Assembly: GCA_963714085.1 (NCBI GenBank) | Contig: OY970229.1 | Location: forward strand, 192,001-256,000 | Source: an uncultured Candidatus Micrarchaeota archaeon | GTDB taxonomy: Archaea > Micrarchaeota > Micrarchaeia > Anstonellales > Bilamarchaeaceae | Reading direction: 5' to 3' | DNA: 64,000 nt | Shown: in pieces, positions 19,263 through 29,383 of the stretch | How the letters are laid out: each line of letters begins with the position of its first letter | How positions within the stretch are numbered: the first letter of the stretch is position 1 | Translations under genes and position numbers: made by a program | Notes under the pieces: generated by a model | What the model saw: only the letters and a program-made list of their open reading frames with translations | Databases searched by the model: none | What the model was told of the DNA's origin: nothing

Positions 19263-20162
19263 GTGAATACTAAACAGGGACTCCCGGAGGCGCGCGCGTC
19301 GCTGCTTTCGACGTTTCGCGCGGCGTCCGAGGACAATACCGCCCGGTCCGCGATAAGGGCGCACCGCCTGCGCAGGCTGCACGAGCCCACTGTGGAGGAG
19401 ATAGGCGCCTACAGGAAGAGCGGCGGCAAGGCCAATATCTACCAGGTGTGCGCCGAGTCGCTCCTGCGCCTGCGGGGCATGCCCATGGCGAAAGGCAAGA
19501 TAGAGAGGGCGCTCTTCGCTGAAGAGGTGGAGAGGCTGCTCTGCAACAGCGCAGAAACGAAGGACACGGAGCACAAGGAGAGGTTCGGCGAGCTCGCGCA
19601 CTCGTTCTCCCGCCTCATCGCGGTGCATTACGAGGACGAGTACGGGAGGCAACCCGGGCGGCTGGACGGGGAGCTCAAGATGATCCTGCCTTACCTGGCC
19701 AAACACCTTATGGCCGAGCTGGAGCTGTGCATGGAGGCGAGATTCGCGCGGCCCGCGAGCAACCTGTGCAAGGTCTCGTTCTTCGACATCCAAGCCAAGC
19801 TCGACATGCTCGGAAGCCATCCTGAGAGGATAGTGAAGGCCAATGACAGGAGCATCATCGACGCCGCCATGAACGGCGTGAACCTAAGGCTCGCGGACAC
19901 TCTCGCAGCTGGGGCGAAGGCCAAGCTCGACATGCTGGAGGCCCATCCTCTGAAGGCAGTGAGGATCAATGCCAGGAGCATCCTCAATGCCGCGCTGATA
20001 AGGGGGACCCTGAGGCTCGCGGACACTCTCGCCGCCGGAGCTGCCGAAGCCCTCAGGAAGATGGAGAAGCGGCTCGGGGTGGGAATGGCCAAAACGCCGT
20101 TTTCCGAGATGCTCGCATCCGGCACCCTGGACGTGGACGCGTTCCTCAAGAGGGACACCTGA
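19263..20162 (+). CDS. Hypothetical protein with an internal 42-aa tandem duplication
   Basis: AKLDML..HP...LRLADTLAAGA occurs twice; the DNA repeat offset is 126 nt. Confidence 0.75.
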   Translation: MNTKQGLPEARASLLSTFRAASEDNTARSAIRAHRLRRLHEPTVEEIGAYRKSGGKANIYQVCAESLLRLRGMPMAKGKIERALFAEEVERLLCNSAETKDTEHKERFGELAHSFSRLIAVHYEDEYGRQPGRLDGELKMILPYLAKHLMAELELCMEARFARPASNLCKVSFFDIQAKLDMLGSHPERIVKANDRSIIDAAMNGVNLRLADTLAAGAKAKLDMLEAHPLKAVRINARSILNAALIRGTLRLADTLAAGAAEALRKMEKRLGVGMAKTPFSEMLASGTLDVDAFLKRDT

Positions 20163-20292
20163 GAAGAAAAATGACATTTCGCGTAATGAATTCGGATGGA
20201 TATTTACGACGCGCGAGTGTGCCCGGAAACGCGTAAAGACCCGGGAGCAACCGTTCAATATATATTATTAATATCGTTTCGTCATCAGTATC

Positions 20293-20850
20293 ATGATGGT
20301 TTCTAATGTGATTGTGGCGGGCGTAGTCATAGTTGCAATTCTGCTCGTATTATTCTACCTCTCGCCTTACTCTGACATTGATCATGTAGACTGCATTACG
20401 CCAACGAACGTGCCGAACCCTGCCGGAGCGGAACTCTCGCCCTTCTGTGGTGTCGAAGTTGTCCCGTTCCCTGAGTCCCTTTTCATTCCGCCATTCCCAT
20501 TCAGGTCCAGAGATTCAGAATTCGTCGATTTTTGTAGGAGGAACATACCTACTGTCGAGGATTCGTGCAACGTTACGGTAACAAAAACGATGATTGAGAC
20601 CTTAAGCAGCGTAGATGACGAGTATTCGTGCGTATACTTTGTTAATAATTATACCTCGACAATATCGCTTGACAAATTTGCGGAACCGCTAACGCCCCAA
20701 GACACCCAAGCGATAACATTATTCAATTTGGATATGATATACCTGAAGGGTTTTGCGGTCAGCATCACTTCCGGGCCATTTGATTACGATTCATCTTGGG
20801 CCCCGTTGGATTATCAAAACTGTACGGATTTGAAGACGCGATTGCGTTAA
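20293..20850 (+). CDS. Membrane-anchored Cys-containing exported protein, paralog 1
   Basis: N-terminal TM; near-colinear with 22658-23215 (PPFPFRSRDSEF.DFCRRNIPT). Confidence 0.85.
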   Translation: MMVSNVIVAGVVIVAILLVLFYLSPYSDIDHVDCITPTNVPNPAGAELSPFCGVEVVPFPESLFIPPFPFRSRDSEFVDFCRRNIPTVEDSCNVTVTKTMIETLSSVDDEYSCVYFVNNYTSTISLDKFAEPLTPQDTQAITLFNLDMIYLKGFAVSITSGPFDYDSSWAPLDYQNCTDLKTRLR

Positions 20851-20914
20851 TAACCCAATTTACCTTTTATGGATGTTAGAGTGAAAGCATTTTGAGTGCA
20901 ATGCCGGCCGGTTT

Positions 20915-22015
20915 CTAGCCGCTTATCTTCTTCACGAAGATATTCCGCCCATCGAAGCTATATGCGAGTTTGGTGCCATCCGGGGACCAGTCAAAGAGGT
21001 CTGTGTTGTCGGTCGCCTCGCCTCCCTGGTCGGAGAAGACGAGCGTGCGGTTATCAAGGTCTATCACCGCAATGAACCCTCCTACGCATACCTGGGGTCC
21101 AGCCGATTCCGGGCATGCGGATTCCGAAAGGGTTCCACCCACAGCCACGTATCGGCCATCCGGGGAGGCTTCGATCTGATCCAACGAGCAGTCATATCCG
21201 AAAATCGCTTCGCAATCGAACGAATACAGCGTTTTCGCGGGGGCAGACTGGTTGAACGGATCGAGAGAGATCACGCTGGAAGTCCAGGGCGAGTCTGGCG
21301 AGGATCCATACAGCATCAGCATGTCACTATCGTTTATCCACTCGAAATTGTCCGCACGGTAATCTGAGAAATTGCCCAGCTGGTCGAAGCCGGGGATTGA
21401 ATAGATGGTCATCGTAGAATCGGCGCCGAAGAGGCGGTCATAGACCAAAACACCCAGATACCTCCCATCCGGGCTGAATTTGGTTATCGGGAGGTCATAT
21501 GTGCTGAAGTTTCGGATCACGGACAGGTTATCCATGTTGATGATGTAGAATCCATATCCGATCGTGAGATTGTTGATGTCCTGTGCATTATTGGAATTAG
21601 AAAACGATAAAGCGAGAAATCTTGAATCATTGGAGAGGGCCAGTGCAGGGACATCATCTGAGAACTGATTGATCGACATCGATGTGTTTGCTTCGATAAC
21701 GCCATTGTTCCAGATTGTGAGCAAGAAATCCGAGCCGTTGCACGAATATTCTTTCTCGTAGTCGGAAACCACGGTGCTATTGTCCGACCAGACGAAATCG
21801 CCCATCTGGTAGCAGTTTATTCCTCCGAACGAACCTGCTGGGGCGAGGTTTTGGTTGTAGAGCGAGACACCCTGGGTGCTGCCCAGGGAAATCTGGCCGG
21901 AAGGCGAGTATCTTAATCTGAGATTCCGGGCGATCTCCCCGCCCCTTGGTGATGTGGAAGTCGAGAGGCACCCGGCCAGAATTAGGAATGCGCATACGAA
22001 AAGGACTGCTTTCAT
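20915..22015 (-). CDS. WD40/TolB-like beta-propeller lipoprotein
   Basis: Start moved to ATG 22015; lipobox LAGC; repeated FSPDGRYL, ASPDGRYV and WSPDGTKL. Confidence 0.8.
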   Translation of the reverse strand: MKAVLFVCAFLILAGCLSTSTSPRGGEIARNLRLRYSPSGQISLGSTQGVSLYNQNLAPAGSFGGINCYQMGDFVWSDNSTVVSDYEKEYSCNGSDFLLTIWNNGVIEANTSMSINQFSDDVPALALSNDSRFLALSFSNSNNAQDINNLTIGYGFYIINMDNLSVIRNFSTYDLPITKFSPDGRYLGVLVYDRLFGADSTMTIYSIPGFDQLGNFSDYRADNFEWINDSDMLMLYGSSPDSPWTSSVISLDPFNQSAPAKTLYSFDCEAIFGYDCSLDQIEASPDGRYVAVGGTLSESACPESAGPQVCVGGFIAVIDLDNRTLVFSDQGGEATDNTDLFDWSPDGTKLAYSFDGRNIFVKKISG

Positions 22016-22098
22016 GAGGGGATATGGATTCGTATCCTCTTTTATTGTTACCCGTTTCGTTCGTACAGGGATCCTGTCGATGAATTTTCCATACAAGA

Positions 22099-22488
22099 CT
22101 ATTGGTAACTACTAAGGATACTAGTGCAATTAGTTATACTGGCATTAAGGCATTGTGGACATTCGTCCCTGCAATCGATTGCATAATGGTTTTCGCAGAG
22201 TTGAGTTCCGTTCGAATCGAAGTAATACTCGTTTATTTCGGAAGTCGCATACGCGCTAGTAACATCGAAGATATCGGTGTTTTCCAGTTTGCAGGCATAC
22301 AAATAGTAATACGTTGCCCCCAAGATGGACGTGCTTTTTATTGAAAAATACTTGTTATATACTTCTGGCGGAACGCCTTTGGACTTGGCAGCGTTGTAAT
22401 CCGGGAAATAAAGAACGTAACTCGCTACGATAATGACTGCGATGATAAAAATCGCAATAAGAAATACCTGGAAGATCTTTTTGTTCAT
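22099..22488 (-). CDS. Small membrane-anchored Cys-rich exported protein
   Basis: MNKK plus a hydrophobic helix; several C-terminal Cys. Confidence 0.75.
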   Translation of the reverse strand: MNKKIFQVFLIAIFIIAVIIVASYVLYFPDYNAAKSKGVPPEVYNKYFSIKSTSILGATYYYLYACKLENTDIFDVTSAYATSEINEYYFDSNGTQLCENHYAIDCRDECPQCLNASITNCTSILSSYQ

Positions 22489-22657
22489 ATCCCACTCTAG
22501 AAACTTGTATTTTTTTAATCCAGCCGGTATATTCCGGCTGTCTTGGCCGGAATAGCGATCCGTTCACGACCCGGACCGTTCCTTATCAATTCCGGAAGGT
22601 TCTCGAACGCTTGCGCCAGGAGCATGCCTTATTTAACATTAACGTGCTAATACTATC

Positions 22658-23215
22658 ATGGTGGGTAAGAAGGCACTTGCGGTAGGCATTGCCATAGTCG
22701 TAATCTTACTCGTATTGTTCTACCTCTCGCCTTTTTCTAAATTTGATTTCAATCAGTGTTATACCCCGCAAAATATGTCGAATTCCCGCGAAGGAGAACT
22801 TATGCCGACTTGTGGGAATTTGGTATTTCCATTCCCCGCATCCGTTCTTCTTCCGCCCTTTCCATTCAGGTCCAGGGATTCTGAATTCATTGATTTTTGC
22901 AGAAGGAACATACCTACCATCGAGAATTCATGCAATGTAACCGTAGATACAACCCTGATCGAGACTTTAAGCAATGAAGATGATGAATACGCGTGTACTT
23001 ATATTTTCAATAATCCCAGATCATATATTTCGCTTAAAAAATTTGTGGAACCACTGACACCCCAAGAAACCGACGAGATAGGTACGTACAATCTGAATAT
23101 GATATACCTAAAGGATTTTGCAGTGAGCATATCCTCTGGGCCATTTGATTATGCCCCGTCTGTACCGAAATTCGATTATAAGAACTGCGCGGACTTGAAA
23201 GCGCGATTGCGCTAA
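22658..23215 (+). CDS. Membrane-anchored Cys-containing exported protein, paralog 2
   Basis: Same length (185 aa) and Cys pattern as 20293-20850. Confidence 0.85.
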   Translation: MVGKKALAVGIAIVVILLVLFYLSPFSKFDFNQCYTPQNMSNSREGELMPTCGNLVFPFPASVLLPPFPFRSRDSEFIDFCRRNIPTIENSCNVTVDTTLIETLSNEDDEYACTYIFNNPRSYISLKKFVEPLTPQETDEIGTYNLNMIYLKDFAVSISSGPFDYAPSVPKFDYKNCADLKARLR

Positions 23216-25020
23216 TAACCCAATTTACCTTTTATGGAGGTTAAAGTGGAACGCCCAGTTTGCGATAATAACGAATCGTAAGTAAATGGTGCATACCCAT
23301 CTGCGCCTCCTTTCCGTACGGCGGCAATGTCAGATGTTAAATCATTTATAAGTCCGTTCATTTGCGGGGCAACCCAACCTCGAACGCAAGCAACCATTTT
23401 TTTAGTCGGGTAAGCAGTTTTGAGTGTGGCAATATAATTACCCATATCTTCAGAAGTTCCGCCTTTCCCAGCATAACTATACGCCATTGGCATGATTATA
23501 TCAACCTGAGCAGACACTTTGTCCTGCCCAACTCCGCTCATAACACCAACGGAAGCGAATACGTCGGCTGATAGCGTTTTATTCGGGAATGCCGTCTTGA
23601 CCATCTTTACAAATGTTTCAACCGCGCTTGAATCATAATTCCAGATGCTAAGTTTGGCGATATTTGGCGGTGTACTTGAATCATGTATGAGTTGAATAGG
23701 ACCACCTGGTGTAGATACTTCGAAGACATCTTCAGGTTGCGGGTATCTTATATAATCCAGATTGATTCCGTATAAGCCGGGATAGGCACTCGTGATTTCG
23801 GTCAGAATTGCCAATTCCTGGTTTCTTACATCGCTACTTTTAGGGTCTGCAAACAAATGGCTCGTATAACTGGCATCCCATAACGGAATGCCTTTGCTGT
23901 CAAGGAAACCGTCAAGCTTATCAGCCCCTGGGATGCTAAGTGGGATATTGTTTAGACTGAATTTCAACTTTCCCGTCACTCCCTGAATCTGTGCTGCATA
24001 CGGATCCTGGAACACCGGGAACCATGCGTGGAACCTAATCGTTTTGTTCCCATAAACTTGTTTGCAAACGGACATTATGCTGCCATTAGGGTCGAAACGG
24101 GCTTTTTGGGCGCTAGTAATTATCGGACTGACTCTCCCGCTGTATGCGCTACTTGGATAAAGCAATTGCCCGTAAGCCCCGCATTGAGGCGCATGCAGTT
24201 GGTCGTCAACTTTGAACGGAAGGAAGATATCAGTGACCCCGGCGTTCATCAGGTCCTGGCAGGCCGCTTTTAAGGTCCCGCCACCCACCAGGGTCTGTAG
24301 TTTTGTCAGGTCGATGGGGAATCTCCGCGGGGATAGGCTGGGATCAAAGACTGGTCCTTTGCAAGCCGGGAAGGAGAACATCCCGAATTGGTTCTGCATA
24401 GGGAACATGGTGGGATCGTAGAACGACCCGGGGCAAGGCCTTATGAAGACCCCCTTTACAATGTTACTAACTGGTCTGCATGTTCCGGTATCTAAAGTAT
24501 ATCCCGTATCTCCAAGATCGGGTAACTCCGAATTGCTAAGCCAAGTCTTATTGACGAGCGCCACAATTTCCGTATTCGGGGCGCTAAAAAAAGCTGTGTA
24601 ATCAGGTGCATGACCCAAATTCTGGGTCTGGCCTTCGTATTGATTTGCTCCGGGAACGTTAGGGTTGGGTTTAAGCGTTTTATTGTTGAATTCATTGTTG
24701 GAGTAGGGGTGATTGCTGCTCAAGGAAACGCTTTGAGGCGGAGAACCTGCCCCAAAACCTACAGCCAGCTCAAGAGTGTACTCTGAATGATTTAACCTTA
24801 GCGGTTCAGATTGTGACAGAGGACTGGCGGCATAGGTTTCAGCTTGCATGGAACAAGTGTATTTCTTTGATACGGCAGTAACTGATCCACTCACAGCAGC
24901 ATCAGGTTGATCCGCCTTGACCCGGTCCACCAGCGGTTTGGTTCCGAAAAAAGACACCGCGACCGCGATAGCCACGAGCGTTCTTTTTATCGTTCTTTTC
25001 GTGGATTCCATCATCGCCAT
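23212..25020 (-). CDS. Exported glycoside hydrolase-like (GHL10/DUF187-type TIM barrel) protein
   Basis: Signal-like N-terminus; FHAWF, GINLDYIRYP, LSADVF and VDIIMPMAY motifs. Confidence 0.7.
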   Translation of the reverse strand: MAMMESTKRTIKRTLVAIAVAVSFFGTKPLVDRVKADQPDAAVSGSVTAVSKKYTCSMQAETYAASPLSQSEPLRLNHSEYTLELAVGFGAGSPPQSVSLSSNHPYSNNEFNNKTLKPNPNVPGANQYEGQTQNLGHAPDYTAFFSAPNTEIVALVNKTWLSNSELPDLGDTGYTLDTGTCRPVSNIVKGVFIRPCPGSFYDPTMFPMQNQFGMFSFPACKGPVFDPSLSPRRFPIDLTKLQTLVGGGTLKAACQDLMNAGVTDIFLPFKVDDQLHAPQCGAYGQLLYPSSAYSGRVSPIITSAQKARFDPNGSIMSVCKQVYGNKTIRFHAWFPVFQDPYAAQIQGVTGKLKFSLNNIPLSIPGADKLDGFLDSKGIPLWDASYTSHLFADPKSSDVRNQELAILTEITSAYPGLYGINLDYIRYPQPEDVFEVSTPGGPIQLIHDSSTPPNIAKLSIWNYDSSAVETFVKMVKTAFPNKTLSADVFASVGVMSGVGQDKVSAQVDIIMPMAYSYAGKGGTSEDMGNYIATLKTAYPTKKMVACVRGWVAPQMNGLINDLTSDIAAVRKGGADGYAPFTYDSLLSQTGRSTLTSIKGKLGY

Positions 25021-25314
25021 AGATAAGTATATGTGGCGACAAGTATTAAAATGTTGTGATAATAGGTGAATTTACATATATTCATGCAAAAAAATGTGGG
25101 ATTACACGGAAGTTCTGCCATTTTGTCAAAGCTTCTATAAATGGCGTGTCGGACTTGGCGCGGGCCGGAAAATCGGTGGTTTCGTGACATTCAAACTTTA
25201 CAATGCGCAAAATCGTAAACTTTCATGCATCAAGGTCAGGTTCGTGCCGTTGTGGAAATGGCTGGGCGAATGATAAAAAAGCAGATCCGGGGGCCCGGCC
25301 GCATGAAAAAAGCA

Positions 25315-26226
25315 TCAAATCTGCGCGGTCGGCGTGGTGACTTCCTTCGAGAGGATGTCCTTGCCCGTGAGCATGGTATAGGCCTGCAGGTACCTCTTGC
25401 TCGTGTTCTCTATCACTTCGGCGGGCAGGGCGGGCGGCGGCGGGCTCTTGTCCCAGCCGGTCTTCTCAAGGTAGTCGCGCACGAACTGCTTGTCCAGGCT
25501 CACGAGGTTCCCCTTCTCGTACTCGTCGCGGAGCCAGTACCTGCTCGAGTCCGGCGTCAATATCTCGTCTATGAGTATGGTCTGCTTGTGGCCGGTCGCG
25601 TCCAGTATGCTGCCGAACTCCAGCTTGGTGTCCGCCAGGACGAGGCCGGACTTGCGCGCATGGGATTTGCCGAACGCGTATATCTCCATGCTCTTCTTCC
25701 TGATGAAGTCGTAGGTGTCCGCTCCCACGAGCTTCCTCGCCGCGTCCTCGGTGATGTTCTCGTCGTGGCCCTTCTCGGCCTTGGTGGACGGGGTGAATAC
25801 CGGGTGCGGGAGCTCGCTCCCGTTCTTCAATCCTTTCGGCAGCTCGATGCCGCAGACCTTGCCGCCCTTCTCGTACTCCTTCCATGCTGAGCCGGTCAGG
25901 TAGCCGCGCACCACGCATTCGAGCTGCACCGGCTCGGCCCTGGAGACTATCATGCTGCGCTTCTCCAGGAACGCGGGAAGCTTCGCTGGTATCGCGTTGG
26001 TGATGAAGTGGTTCTTGACGATGTCGCTCGTGAGCTTGAACCAGAATATCGACAGAGAGTTGAGCACCGCGCCCTTGTACGGGATCCCTTCCTTGAACAC
26101 GACGTCGAAGGCGCTCAGGCGGTCGCTCGCGACCATGAGCAGGTTGTTGTCCAGCTGGTAGGTGTCGCGCACCTTCCCCTTCTTCACGAGATTAAGATCC
26201 AGTTTAGTGTCGGTGATTACGTCCAT
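25315..26226 (-). CDS. purC: SAICAR synthetase
   Basis: GKVRDTY, SDRLSAFD, ECVVRGYLTGS, ADTKLEFG, DEILTPDSSR and DKQFVRD motifs. Confidence 0.97.
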   Translation of the reverse strand: MDVITDTKLDLNLVKKGKVRDTYQLDNNLLMVASDRLSAFDVVFKEGIPYKGAVLNSLSIFWFKLTSDIVKNHFITNAIPAKLPAFLEKRSMIVSRAEPVQLECVVRGYLTGSAWKEYEKGGKVCGIELPKGLKNGSELPHPVFTPSTKAEKGHDENITEDAARKLVGADTYDFIRKKSMEIYAFGKSHARKSGLVLADTKLEFGSILDATGHKQTILIDEILTPDSSRYWLRDEYEKGNLVSLDKQFVRDYLEKTGWDKSPPPPALPAEVIENTSKRYLQAYTMLTGKDILSKEVTTPTAQI

Positions 26227-26228
26227 CT

Positions 26229-27137
26229 TTATCGAGCCTTCATTCCCTTCATTATGCGCACGAGCTCCGCGTACATCGCCATGCTGAGCACCGGCCTCCC
26301 GAACGCCTCCCTATCATCCGCCAGCCGCGGGCACGCGGTGACGACATAACACTCAAACGACATAAAATTATTTAAAGCTGATGCCGAGATTTCGTTTGAA
26401 ACGAGTATTTCGGCCCTCTTCCCGAGCGCTTCGAGCTCTTTTTTTATTTTTTCCGCGAGCGGAAGGTTGTATTGCCCGATCTTCGTGCTCACCAGGATGC
26501 CGAACGCCCCCGCGTCCACTGCCGCGAGTATCGCGCCCCTCCTCCTTTTCCTCAATCGTTCTATCTCGTCGTTTATCTGCCTTGTCTGCCCGGATTTGGG
26601 GTGTATCACGAAGACCGGCTTGTCGATGTCTATCGCTAAAGCGTGGAAGTTCCCGTCGCCCACGAAGACCACCGCGTCCGCCTTGCTTGCGGCGTTCGTC
26701 ACCGCGCCAGCGTCGCATCCGAGCACCTGGCCCTCGTACGCGGCGAGCGTGCCTTTGGACATGTGGACCTCCTTGCCTGCCTGCTCCAGGATCCTCTTCA
26801 TCGCATCCAGCTGATGGACGTGCTGGACCGTGGTGGCCAGGGCGACGGACCTGGGATCCAGCTGTTTCACCGCCTTCCCGAAATTCGCCAAATCGACGTC
26901 TATCTTCCATTCCACGTATTCCACTTCGATCGGGAGCTTCGTCCTTACGAAGCGGGCGTGGCCGAAATGGATTATCCTGTCCGCGTTCACCGCCTTCGCC
27001 TCGTCCAGGGCGAGGTCGCACGCGCCGTAGCAGGAGGAGCCGGAGAGGAACACCTGGTGGCCCTCTTTCTCGTATTTCTCAGCGTATTCGACGGCCTCTT
27101 TCTTCAGACCCTCTGGAAATTGCAAAAGGAGTCTCAT
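26229..27137 (-). CDS. dph2: 2-(3-amino-3-carboxypropyl)histidine synthase (diphthamide biosynthesis)
   Basis: LQFPEGLK, CYGACD, HFGH, GQVLGC and TACPR Fe-S ligand motifs. Confidence 0.95.
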   Translation of the reverse strand: MRLLLQFPEGLKKEAVEYAEKYEKEGHQVFLSGSSCYGACDLALDEAKAVNADRIIHFGHARFVRTKLPIEVEYVEWKIDVDLANFGKAVKQLDPRSVALATTVQHVHQLDAMKRILEQAGKEVHMSKGTLAAYEGQVLGCDAGAVTNAASKADAVVFVGDGNFHALAIDIDKPVFVIHPKSGQTRQINDEIERLRKRRRGAILAAVDAGAFGILVSTKIGQYNLPLAEKIKKELEALGKRAEILVSNEISASALNNFMSFECYVVTACPRLADDREAFGRPVLSMAMYAELVRIMKGMKAR

Positions 27138-27157
27138 GGTGGTTCAGCCAGGACGGA

Positions 27158-28402
27158 TTAGTTTTTCGCTTGTTTCTTGGGTTGCGCTGAAGCGGCGAAT
27201 CTCGCGGGGTCGGCTGCGACCTTATCCAGTATGAGTTTTATGTAATCCTGCAAGCCCGCCGTGTCTCCGGTCTTGGCCGCCCTTTCCTTCTGGTCTTCGA
27301 ATTTGTTGGGTACGATGTCAGGGCTGATGGCCGAGCCGCGCTTCTCGTATTCCGCTACCTTCGCGTACGCGGCGCGTATCCGCTCTGCGGTCGGCTTCGG
27401 GGCCTTGGCTTTCACGGCTTTGGGCGCCTTGAGCGCGGCCGCCCCGCCTAAAGGCGACGGGGTGTCGACCTCCTTTTCCGGCGCTTTCCCCTGCTCTACG
27501 CGTTGCTGGCCGACCGCGGCTTCGGTCAAGGCAGCCGGGGTCGTGCCCACGCTCTTGGCCAGGAACTCGTTCATGTCATTGACCTGGGATCCGGAGAGCT
27601 TCGGCTTCTCCTCCTTTTCCTCGGCGCGCGCGGCTGCCGGCTCCTTCTCGTGGTGCTCGGTGCCCTTGTCTCGCGCTTTCCTCGCAGCCTCCTCCGCGAT
27701 CTCGTAGAGGTCGTAATTGACGGCGAGCATGAAGTTCTGCGCGACCTGCCTCTCCATGGCTGTGAAGCCGGGGGCGACAGACCCTTTGACATCCTTGAGC
27801 GAGAGGAACGATGTGAATCCGGCGAGGCGGGCGGCTTCCCGAATTGTTTCTCCATATCTCCTGAGTACCTCTTCGCGTGTTATACTTTGAGTTTCAGCAG
27901 CATACTCAACCAACCGTTTTTGAGAATCCAACTCATTCGCAGGTTGCAAGCCAAGTCCTGCTCGTATTTTGTTGTTCTCTTTGTGGTACATTTCCAATGC
28001 TGTTCCTGCTCTTTCGCTGTCACCAGCGACCAATGCTTTAGTACCTTCCACGGCTAGCATTGTTTCGTTAGCACTATTTTGATTATAGAGAATATTAACC
28101 TGCTCAAAGACTGTTCTGACAAGAACCTTTGACCCCATCTCACTTCCAACAACATGATACGCAGCAAGTTCCCTTGCGCATGCTGCAGCTCCGTCATGTT
28201 GACCAAGATGCGGTTCGATATGTTTCCAGTTCTCATTCAGGAATTTTTTCTGTTCTGAATTGAGTATGGGTGACTGTAATAACATTTCGTGCGTATCGGT
28301 TTTGGCGTGAACTGCGATTCGACTAGCGACTAGAGGAGTTAAAGAAGCGGATGCTCCTTTGGCTACAAATTCGTCCGGTTGTTCGACTTGCTTTCCTGCC
28401 AT
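27158..28402 (-). CDS. Hypothetical protein with an AT-rich 5' half and a GC-rich 3' half
   Basis: 414-aa ORF; Ala/Lys/Pro/Glu low-complexity C-terminal half. Confidence 0.75.
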   Translation of the reverse strand: MAGKQVEQPDEFVAKGASASLTPLVASRIAVHAKTDTHEMLLQSPILNSEQKKFLNENWKHIEPHLGQHDGAAACARELAAYHVVGSEMGSKVLVRTVFEQVNILYNQNSANETMLAVEGTKALVAGDSERAGTALEMYHKENNKIRAGLGLQPANELDSQKRLVEYAAETQSITREEVLRRYGETIREAARLAGFTSFLSLKDVKGSVAPGFTAMERQVAQNFMLAVNYDLYEIAEEAARKARDKGTEHHEKEPAAARAEEKEEKPKLSGSQVNDMNEFLAKSVGTTPAALTEAAVGQQRVEQGKAPEKEVDTPSPLGGAAALKAPKAVKAKAPKPTAERIRAAYAKVAEYEKRGSAISPDIVPNKFEDQKERAAKTGDTAGLQDYIKLILDKVAADPARFAASAQPKKQAKN

Positions 28403-28433
28403 AGAATAAAAATAGAAAAGATATTTTATTAAG

Positions 28434-29108
28434 TTACCTGTTGGCCGACAATTTGGCTATTTTTGTATCATCTTGTATACGTCGGTATGCTTGACCAGTA
28501 GATACATCGTTAGACTCTTTTCTATACCTAAGCCCGAGAAGTGGGAGACCCGCTTTAAGGTCTGAGCTGTCATTTGGCTTTGGTTTTTCATCGACGAAAG
28601 TAACCCATGCTGTAGCCCCCGCATCGTCAACGTCAACCATTATTTTTGCTAATGGATTATCCTTGGGTTTACGACCTTCAGCTGCGCATGCTTCGACGTA
28701 GTAGTCATAGAGCTTCTGGAGGCTTATGTCAACTTCAACGTTATCCCCATTTCGGTTATTTGGATCTTTAGGGTAAGTGATAATCAGTTTTTTCTCCTTT
28801 GTGTTGGCGTCAGTAAATGCGTATACTCCAATGTATACTCCTTTATCGCCGTTGGTTAAAACTCGTGAACCTCCGTCATCAGCATAGCTTACTGGATATT
28901 TCGATCCCACGAGTGCATCCAATTTTCTTAGCGCCTCCAGCGAAAACGTCTTGAGCTCGCTAACCCCCTGAGCGTGGGCTATGCCTTCTGAAAGGCCCAA
29001 GTATTTGAGAACACTAGAAGCTGACTTAGGCAAACGAGTAGTTAGTCCCAAAGCAGCGGCTGTTACGAACAGCATCTGTCTCCGGTTCAAACCCTTACTT
29101 TCATCCAT
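28434..29108 (-). CDS. Putative Tat-exported protein
   Basis: Start moved to ATG 29108 after a GGGGGAG SD; LNRRQML twin-arginine motif, hydrophobic stretch and AHA cleavage motif. Confidence 0.7.
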   Translation of the reverse strand: MDESKGLNRRQMLFVTAAALGLTTRLPKSASSVLKYLGLSEGIAHAQGVSELKTFSLEALRKLDALVGSKYPVSYADDGGSRVLTNGDKGVYIGVYAFTDANTKEKKLIITYPKDPNNRNGDNVEVDISLQKLYDYYVEACAAEGRKPKDNPLAKIMVDVDDAGATAWVTFVDEKPKPNDSSDLKAGLPLLGLRYRKESNDVSTGQAYRRIQDDTKIAKLSANR

Positions 29109-29152
29109 ATACTCCCCCGGACTATATACGCACATTCAGACTATTTAAACCT

Positions 29153-29168
29153 ACCGAACGCGTTCGGT
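29153..29168. promoter_or_regulatory. Perfect 16-bp palindrome adjacent to a TATA box
   Basis: ACCGAACGCGTTCGGT next to TTTAAA (29144-29149); partial copy CCGAACGCG at 29191-29199. Confidence 0.5.
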
Positions 29169-29383
29169 GCCACGACTGAGAAAAAACGACCCGAACGCGG
29201 GTTTTTAGGTGGTTGGAGATGAATGCCGCGTGGGACTACGACAAAGGACGTAATGAAGAGTACTGACTGTGTAAAATAAAATTTGAAGATTTTGATTTTT
29301 ATAACGTCTCAAGACGACGAAATTTACGAAACGAATACTTTTTTCCACAAATACTACCGTTTAAATAATTTACTAATCATTAT

